Shown here one piece after another: positions 31,308-37,744 of a stretch of 37,744 bases of DNA. Made by a program: the position numbers and the translations under genes. The notes below the pieces were generated by a model. It made no database searches and was not told the origin of the DNA. It saw only the letters and a program-made list of their open reading frames with translations. This stretch comes from Verrucomicrobiota bacterium (lineage in GTDB: Bacteria > Verrucomicrobiota > Verrucomicrobiia > Limisphaerales > Palsa-1400). Location: positions 1-37,744 of the forward strand of contig JBEKAN010000003.1 of the NCBI GenBank assembly GCA_050015895.1, given 5' to 3'. How positions within the stretch are numbered: position 1 is the stretch's first letter; each line of letters begins with the position of its first letter.

Positions 31308-34300
31308 TCAATGCACGACGACGCGGTAGAATCTGGCGGGGGGGGCGGGAAGGTTGGTGTCCTGGATTTGCATGGTCTGCCCGGTGCCGGGCAGGTTGCT
31401 GGAAAGGACGGTCCAGTTGGTGGAGAACAAGGAGGTGGAAGTCTCCAGCGCGTAGGTTTTGCCGTACACGGAAGGCCATTGGATGGTGAAATTGGCGGAG
31501 GGCGAGACTTCCAAGACGGACTTGGGGTCCAGCGGATTGGTGCCAGCCACGTACTCCTGCCAGTTGGAGGCGCCATCGCCGTCGGGGTCCAGATCGGCGG
31601 CGGAAAGGAGGTTGGAAACGGTGCCGAAATAAACCAGCCGCCACCAATCCGGAATGCCGTCGTTCCAGCTTGAGGCGGAGCGATCCCCGCCCACGGTGAT
31701 GAGGCCGTCCTGGATGGTGGTTTGGAAGAGGGCGATGCCGTTGGGAGAGGCTGAGAAATGCTCGAAATGCAGCAAGTAGGACGAATTGGTGTTTGCGTTG
31801 GGAGGCAAAGTGACGGTGACCGTGGCGATGATGTTTGTAGCGTTGACGCCGGAGACGGTGGAATCCAGCCAGGTGGCGGCGTAATTATCCGCACCCTGCG
31901 AGAGGGTGAAGGCGGGCGCGCCAAGACCCGCGCCGGGGGAGAGGGTGATGGTGTTGGTGACGGCCGGGGAACCGTCGAGCGGGATGAGGTCCACATTGAG
32001 AGCCAGGACACGGATGGGATAAACAGGATCGGCGGCCAGAACGCGGATGGGGACTTGGACGGTCTGGCCGGCGGCGGCCTGAACGCGGTCGGCGGCGACA
32101 GTAATTTGACGGGGGCCGCTTGCTGTGGCTGTCTCAGCCGCACGAATCGGGGAGGACGTGGCGGGGCCTGTGGCCACCAGCCTGCTTGGATTGGAACTGG
32201 GGACGGTCTGGGCATAAAAAAGGCCGTTGGACCAGAAGCGCTCGTAATTCGTCAGCGCGGGATCCAAGGAGCGGCGGAAAGTGACGTATATGTCGTCCAC
32301 ATTGAGGGAACCATCGCCGTAGGCGATGGAGTTGATGGCCGTGTCGTTCCCATCGTATAAATTATTATCCCTCCCGTTGGAGGAATCCATGGCGTCAAAG
32401 AAATCGCTGCCAGGAAGGTCGCCGGCGGCACCTCCGTAAACCGCAGCCCGGAAGACTTCCACCACGTCGTCGTTTTGCAGATTGGTGTCGCCAAAATCGC
32501 CGGCATTGAACCAGCGGAACGGATAGGCATCGCCCACCAGGTAGGGGGTGACGCCGATGATGACATTTTTGACGGCGTTGATCGCGCCGAGACCCGTTGA
32601 GCCAGTGGTCGGGGCGTCGAGGACGACATTCTCGGTGGGGCCTGTGTCTCCGTTGGCGCCCGTCTCGTAAGCGGCGGAAGGGCGCCCGATTTGGATTTGG
32701 TAGGCGTCGCCGTTGGTGGTGGCCGAGGCGGGGATCATGAAGGAATAGCCGCCGACGATCACCTGGCCGCCCGAGCTGTTAAACAGAGTCTCATGGGCGG
32801 CGGACCAGGTGATCAAATCCTGCTTCAGCCCGTTGAAGTAGAGATTGGTCACCTGATTGAGTTCCAGCCAACCCACGCCGAGCAGGCCCTCGCTGGTGTT
32901 TGTGAAGAGCAGGGGTTGGAATCCGCCGTTGGTGTACTCGGCCGGGGGAATCACGATATAGGCTGTCTGTCCGGTGGGGGTGGTCACCTGGTTCAGCAGC
33001 ATGGAGTTGAATGTGTAGCTTGTGGAGGCTGCTGGAGGAGCGCCCCCCAGAGTATTGGTCGGGGCCAGGGTGACGTTGAACTGGAGGGAGTACATGGAGG
33101 CCGCCGGAAGGAGGGTCAACGTGATGGGTGCGTAAAAGGGATGTCCCGCGGCGCCGACGAAGCGGCTGGAGGCCTCGCCGTTGGCAAAGCCAAAAGTGAG
33201 TTGGTTGGGGATATAGTTGCTGGGGTTGAAGATCGCCGTGGCGGGGGTGCTGGGGGCGAAACTGTCGTAAAACGCCTCGACGGTAAGCGTGACATTGCTT
33301 GTGACTGTGAAGGAAAGGGTGGTTGGGGAATTAAGCGCGACGCCGCCGGGATTTGCGTTGTTGGTCGGCGAGGGCGGGGTGCCGTTCAGCGTGTAGTACA
33401 ACGCCGCGCCGGGCGTGGTGTCCGTCAACGGCACCATTGCGGAATTGTTGCCGGCAATGGTTGGCTCGGCGGTGACGAAGAGGAAGCGCGAGCTGACTTG
33501 CGGACTGGGAATTCGTCCGGGGGCCTGGCTGATGGCGTAGATCGTGACGTCAGAGGTTGTCGCGCCGGTCGGGAACCCCTGGAGGAAGCTGTTGGTGGTG
33601 AAATCGCTCTCCGGGGTGTCGTCTCCGGGGTAAGTATATGTGTCTTGAGTAAAACCAGGACCCACGACCGGAACGGGGCTGAAGGGACTGGTTGGAGTGG
33701 GAACGACCGTATAATAGGTTTGGACGCCCGCCTCGGAATTGATGATGATGTTGGCGTTGGTGCTGAAGACTTGGTAGGTGGAGGGGTTGAACTGGGACAC
33801 CAACTCTTCGGCCTGGGGGTCAATCACAAAGTTGACGAAGCCGATGGAGGGGGCGGAAACCGGCGGCTGGGGCGGGCTGGCTTGCACACGGCGCAAGGCA
33901 TTGTTGCCGCGGTCCACCACATAATAACCGTCGTCAATGGTGTCCACGGCCAGGCCGACAGGATTATGGAACTCGGCGACAGAAAACGCGCCGTCAATGT
34001 ATCCCGCCACTCCGGGAACGCCCACGAGAGTCTGGACGGAATAGGCGGGGGGGCTGGGCGAAGTTTGGGAGAGGAGGCGGATGGTGTTGTTGGCGGTGTC
34101 ACTGATGAAGAGGCCCGCGCCGTTGGGGTCCCAAAGCAAGCCGGACGGTTTGTCGAAGCGGGCCAGCGAGGCCTGCGGGGAATCGTTGGTGCCGAACTGA
34201 CCCACCGCCCCGGCGACCACAGTGACGGATTTATTGTTGGTGGCGCTGATGTCGCTGATGAGGCAAATGGTGTCGTTCAAGGTGTCCGCGACCCAGAGGT

Positions 34301-34916
34301 TGTTGCTAAAGTCCACCGCCACCGCCTCCGGGACGGAAAAAGTGTAGTTTGTCACAATGACGGTCGTGACCATGTTGTGAAGGTCGAGGCGGCGGATGGC
34401 GTTGTTGCCGGCGTCGGCGACATAGAGGTTTGTGCCATCGGTCGCAATGCCAGTCGGAAAGCTGAAGAAGGCGTTGGTGGCCGGCACACTGCCCGCATTG
34501 GGAGGGCCGTAGACGCCCGGACTGCCAGCCAGCAAGGAGACCTGGCCGTTGGTGGTGACCAGACGGAGAACTTGGTTGCCTTGGTCCACCACCACCAATC
34601 CATTTCGGTTGGTGTCATAGACAATCCCCAATGGCTGGGAAAACAGCGCGGCCGAAGCGGGACCATTGTTGTATCCGGCGTGGCTGGGACCGAACACGCC
34701 GGCAAAGGTGCTCTGGGTCTGGTTGGCGGGGACGAATTTGACGATGCGGTTGTTGGAGGCGTCGGTGAAATAGACGTTGTTGTCGGGGTCCCCGGTGATG
34801 GAATTTGGCTCCAGCAGGCTGTTGGAAATCACTGTGGAAACCTGCTGGGCCTGTGCGACGGCGGCAAGCAGAACCGCGACCAACGCTCCCAAGATGGAAT
34901 AGTTCTTCGTTTTCAT
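31308..34916 (-). CDS. Large secreted protein: NHL propeller, CHB/HEX-type Ig-like domain, cohesin-like and dockerin-like segments, DxDGDG..EY.AGT.P motif, FYR C-terminal domain
   Basis: Signal peptide; NHL repeats; ALYYTLNGTPP; DPDGDGASNWQEYVAGTNP; ends PARFYRVVVH. Confidence 0.85.
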   Translation of the reverse strand: MKTKNYSILGALVAVLLAAVAQAQQVSTVISNSLLEPNSITGDPDNNVYFTDASNNRIVKFVPANQTQSTFAGVFGPSHAGYNNGPASAALFSQPLGIVYDTNRNGLVVVDQGNQVLRLVTTNGQVSLLAGSPGVYGPPNAGSVPATNAFFSFPTGIATDGTNLYVADAGNNAIRRLDLHNMVTTVIVTNYTFSVPEAVAVDFSNNLWVADTLNDTICLISDISATNNKSVTVVAGAVGQFGTNDSPQASLARFDKPSGLLWDPNGAGLFISDTANNTIRLLSQTSPSPPAYSVQTLVGVPGVAGYIDGAFSVAEFHNPVGLAVDTIDDGYYVVDRGNNALRRVQASPPQPPVSAPSIGFVNFVIDPQAEELVSQFNPSTYQVFSTNANIIINSEAGVQTYYTVVPTPTSPFSPVPVVGPGFTQDTYTYPGDDTPESDFTTNSFLQGFPTGATTSDVTIYAISQAPGRIPSPQVSSRFLFVTAEPTIAGNNSAMVPLTDTTPGAALYYTLNGTPPSPTNNANPGGVALNSPTTLSFTVTSNVTLTVEAFYDSFAPSTPATAIFNPSNYIPNQLTFGFANGEASSRFVGAAGHPFYAPITLTLLPAASMYSLQFNVTLAPTNTLGGAPPAASTSYTFNSMLLNQVTTPTGQTAYIVIPPAEYTNGGFQPLLFTNTSEGLLGVGWLELNQVTNLYFNGLKQDLITWSAAHETLFNSSGGQVIVGGYSFMIPASATTNGDAYQIQIGRPSAAYETGANGDTGPTENVVLDAPTTGSTGLGAINAVKNVIIGVTPYLVGDAYPFRWFNAGDFGDTNLQNDDVVEVFRAAVYGGAAGDLPGSDFFDAMDSSNGRDNNLYDGNDTAINSIAYGDGSLNVDDIYVTFRRSLDPALTNYERFWSNGLFYAQTVPSSNPSRLVATGPATSSPIRAAETATASGPRQITVAADRVQAAAGQTVQVPIRVLAADPVYPIRVLALNVDLIPLDGSPAVTNTITLSPGAGLGAPAFTLSQGADNYAATWLDSTVSGVNATNIIATVTVTLPPNANTNSSYLLHFEHFSASPNGIALFQTTIQDGLITVGGDRSASSWNDGIPDWWRLVYFGTVSNLLSAADLDPDGDGASNWQEYVAGTNPLDPKSVLEVSPSANFTIQWPSVYGKTYALETSTSLFSTNWTVLSSNLPGTGQTMQIQDTNLPAPPARFYRVVVH

Positions 34917-37744
34917 GGCTGGAGAATTTGGATGCGGTAGAAACGCGAGCTGTCAACCGGGTTGGTGAGGGGGATCTGGAAGAGGCCGCCATCGCCCAGA
35001 TTGGTGCTGATGGGCGTCCAGTTGGTCGGCCCGAGCGCCGGGGCGGATTCCAGGAGGTAGTACTTGCCCGGAGCGGTGAGCCAGCCCAAATTGATGTTCT
35101 GCGGGTCGCCGGGGGCCAGTCCGGCGTAGTTGAATTGGAACCGGGAAAGGGCGTTGGTGGGATTGGTCCCGGCCAGATATTCCTCCCAATTGGGGACCCC
35201 ATCGCCGTCGGGGTCGGCGTCGTCGTCGGCCATTGGGTTGGTGATGCTGCCAAAGTAGTAAATTCTCCACTCGTCGGAGGTGATTTGCGGGGGCGCCAGG
35301 GGGGCGGAGGCCACCCAGGCCGATCCGGGCACGCCTTCCAATTGGTACTGGGTGTTGAAGTCCGGGGCGCCATCCACCCCGGTGAAGTGCAGGCTGTAAG
35401 ACTGTCCCCCCGCGGCGGCGGGCGGCACTTGGAAGGAGATCGAACCGAGGAAGTTGCTGCCCTGGAGGGGCGGGGAGAACGGGCTAAAAAGCGACCACGC
35501 GAAGACCATTTCGTTGGAAGACACGCCGTTGAACCGGGCGGGAGCCGGGATGCCCGCGGCGGGGGAGAATTGGAGCGGAGCGGCAAAGGGCGCGCCGCCA
35601 GCCGGCCAGAGCATGGCGCGGAATTGGAAACCGGACAGGGCGCAGCCGGGGCGGACATAGAGAGAGACCGGGATGGAGGCGGCGCCGCCGGGAAGGAGGT
35701 TGGCGACCGTGCCCGCGCTCAGGGTGGCATGCCGGTACCAAACTCCGGGTGGCAGGGAGCTGATGGAGGCTCTTGTCGGATTGCCGGAGGCGGAAGCCCG
35801 GCTGGGGACGGCGTCCGGGAGAGGGAGAAGAGGATTGGGAAAATTGGTCCACTGCACCGCCCGATGCGAGAGCACTCCGCCAGGGGTCCAGAACCGGATC
35901 CAGTTGTTGGTTTCCAATCCGAGCGAGCGAAGCAAAATATGCTGCCAATCCAGGAAGGTGATGAAGCCGTCGCCAATTTCGGAGTCTGTTTCGGGGTACA
36001 CGTCCATGGCGTTGTAAGCGTCGCTGAATGGGAAGGGCACCCGGATGCCGACGGAAGCCATGAGGGCGTTGTTGACATCGCTGTTGTCGAGGACGCCATT
36101 GCCAAATTCGCCGGCGTCGTACCCGGTGGAGGGCGCGGAATCTCCCGCGAAGTATTCGAGGTTGGAAACCGTCAGGGTCTGGTCCGACATGTTCGTCAGC
36201 GCGACGTCCGCCTGGGCGCCGTCCGATGTGCCGGAAGGGTAGCGGACGAGGATGTTGTAAGTCTGCCCCTCCAGGGCGGTGGGCGGGATGGGAACCTCCA
36301 AAAGCGCGACCGCCGCGAAATTCTGGATGTTCAACCCGGAGTCGTCGCCCGCCGCCGAGATGACCAGTCCGAGGCCGTTGGGGGCAATGGTGTTGGTGTA
36401 GGCGAAGGTCTGGAAGGCCACCGGCGCGTTTCCAGAGGCGGGGCCGACGAGAGGGAGAAAGTCGTTGGTGGAAATGGGCAGGAGGGTGAGGGAGGAGATC
36501 GGGGGGGCGCCGGGCGAATTGGAGCCGGGGTTGACCTCGACGCGGAATTGCAGGGAGCGCAATTGCTGGCCGGCTTGCAAGTTGACGACCAGCGGGATGA
36601 CCGCCGTGGAGCCGACGCCGGCCAGCTTGCTGGAGGGGAAGCCGATTTGGTTGGCGGGACTGGATTGACCGGCGGCGACGGCGCTGACCAGAATCGGGCT
36701 GGTGTTGGTGTTGACAGCGATCATTTGGAGGGAAGTCAAATCTTGCGCGGAATTGCACCACAAGAAGGAGCCGACCCAGTCGTCCAGAGTGGAATTGAAG
36801 GTCATGTTTGCCACCGTCAAGCTGTTGGTGGTGGGCGTTGTGCCGTCGGTCGTGTAAAAGATATCCGGGACGGTGCTAGTGACGGTGATGGTCTGGCATT
36901 CGGGAAAGTAGCCGGAACTTGGCCCGAAGGTCGGCGGGTTCAGGACGACGACATTGGTGGTGGTGTTAGTGCCGCTGCCGGAGACCAAGTTGGTGCCGGT
37001 CTGCGGCTCCAGGCCGACGCCGGCCACCTGGCGGAGCAGGTCGTAGTAGAGTTCGGAGACATAGATATTGCCGCCGGGGGCAATGACCAAGCTGCTGGGC
37101 GCGCGACTGGAGGCATTGGTGCGGTAGGGGCCGGCGGCGCCGTCGGTCCAGCCGGCGTAGATCTCAGACTCGCACACTGTGGCATGCCAGAGCCTGGAAT
37201 TGACGCCATAAATGGTGCTGACATTCCCGCTGGCATCAATCCGGCGCAGGGCGTTGTTGCCCCGATCGGCCACGATCAACTGTCCGTCCGCCGTCCACGC
37301 CAGGGCGGCGGGCTGGTTGAAGGCGGCGTAGCGGGGGTTGCCGTCCACCCAATTGGTGGCGCCTTCGACCGGGACAAAGGGGGAGACGTTGGTGGCCGAA
37401 ACCTCGTAGATAATGTTCTTCTTCAGGTCGCTGACGGCCAGGACGCCATCGCTTCTCCAGGCGATGGCGGAGGGCAGCCAACTGGTCCCCATGTTGATGA
37501 CCGTGTTGGTGGTTGTGATGTTGGCGCCATTTTGGGCCAACTCGATTATCAGGCCGTTGGTGAAGGAGACGAAGATGTTGGTTGCCGCGCCCTGGGAGAG
37601 GGCCAGGGCGCTGGGCTGGGAGGGCAGGGGATAGGCGAAGAGGGGATTGAAGTAACTGTTGTATTTCACCAGCGCGTTGTCGCCCTGAAGGAGGATATAG
37701 AGGTTGTCCCCCGAGTCCACCGCCACCGCCACGATTTGGCTTCT
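34913..37744 (-). CDS. Large secreted paralogue with the same architecture (5' end outside the window)
   Basis: Frame is open to the window edge. NHL repeats; IFYTTDGTTP; DPDGDGVPNWEEYLAGTNP; ends SRFYRIQILQP. Stop overlaps the next start (ATGA). Confidence 0.85.
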   Translation of the reverse strand, partial: RSQIVAVAVDSGDNLYILLQGDNALVKYNSYFNPLFAYPLPSQPSALALSQGAATNIFVSFTNGLIIELAQNGANITTTNTVINMGTSWLPSAIAWRSDGVLAVSDLKKNIIYEVSATNVSPFVPVEGATNWVDGNPRYAAFNQPAALAWTADGQLIVADRGNNALRRIDASGNVSTIYGVNSRLWHATVCESEIYAGWTDGAAGPYRTNASSRAPSSLVIAPGGNIYVSELYYDLLRQVAGVGLEPQTGTNLVSGSGTNTTTNVVVLNPPTFGPSSGYFPECQTITVTSTVPDIFYTTDGTTPTTNSLTVANMTFNSTLDDWVGSFLWCNSAQDLTSLQMIAVNTNTSPILVSAVAAGQSSPANQIGFPSSKLAGVGSTAVIPLVVNLQAGQQLRSLQFRVEVNPGSNSPGAPPISSLTLLPISTNDFLPLVGPASGNAPVAFQTFAYTNTIAPNGLGLVISAAGDDSGLNIQNFAAVALLEVPIPPTALEGQTYNILVRYPSGTSDGAQADVALTNMSDQTLTVSNLEYFAGDSAPSTGYDAGEFGNGVLDNSDVNNALMASVGIRVPFPFSDAYNAMDVYPETDSEIGDGFITFLDWQHILLRSLGLETNNWIRFWTPGGVLSHRAVQWTNFPNPLLPLPDAVPSRASASGNPTRASISSLPPGVWYRHATLSAGTVANLLPGGAASIPVSLYVRPGCALSGFQFRAMLWPAGGAPFAAPLQFSPAAGIPAPARFNGVSSNEMVFAWSLFSPFSPPLQGSNFLGSISFQVPPAAAGGQSYSLHFTGVDGAPDFNTQYQLEGVPGSAWVASAPLAPPQITSDEWRIYYFGSITNPMADDDADPDGDGVPNWEEYLAGTNPTNALSRFQFNYAGLAPGDPQNINLGWLTAPGKYYLLESAPALGPTNWTPISTNLGDGGLFQIPLTNPVDSSRFYRIQILQP

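Noticed and set aside
31308-34916. Enrichment of N-glycosylation sequons
   Set aside because: N-x-S/T sites are frequent, but seem no more so than expected from the high Asn/Ser/Thr content.
27078-34940. Long antisense ORFs (e.g. 27078-29564, 32691-34940; also 4472-5992, 6477-8162, 9309-10529)
   Set aside because: Shadow frames of well-supported genes in GC-rich DNA.

Overview
GC-rich bacterial chromosome segment, most likely Verrucomicrobiota. This is inferred from the PEP-CTERM proteins, a prepilin H-X9-DG protein, TMTC-like TPR membrane proteins, an ECF sigma/Ser-Thr kinase pair and large secreted proteins ending in an FYR motif. Gene order: Zn-dependent dehydrogenase; a secreted protein plus a PEP-CTERM protein; tRNA-Glu(CTC); two tandem TMTC-like GT-C/TPR genes; a RelE-like gene; an HNH nuclease; ribBA-ribH; a second PEP-CTERM protein; a complete aa3-type cytochrome c oxidase cluster (ctaA, ctaB, subunits I, III, IV, two small membrane proteins, II, SCO, DUF420); an ECF sigma/unknown protein/NHL-repeat kinase trio; YcfL-like lipoprotein; UVR-motif protein; prepilin-like protein; SWIM-SNF2 helicase; EgtD-like methyltransferase; and two coupled giant secreted NHL proteins, the second cut by the window edge. 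Four signals stand out. (1) Several families of short-period and palindromic repeats are dispersed through the window. They include a truncated four-helix-bundle gene bracketed by inverted (AATCYT)n arrays, a RAYT fragment, and different elements inserted in frame into the same loops of the two TMTC paralogues. (2) The two giant proteins carry cohesin-like and dockerin-like segments. (3) The A1-type oxidase subunit I lacks the K-channel lysine. (4) An uncharacterised gene is wedged between the ECF sigma and its kinase. All family assignments come from motif recognition by eye; no database searches were run.
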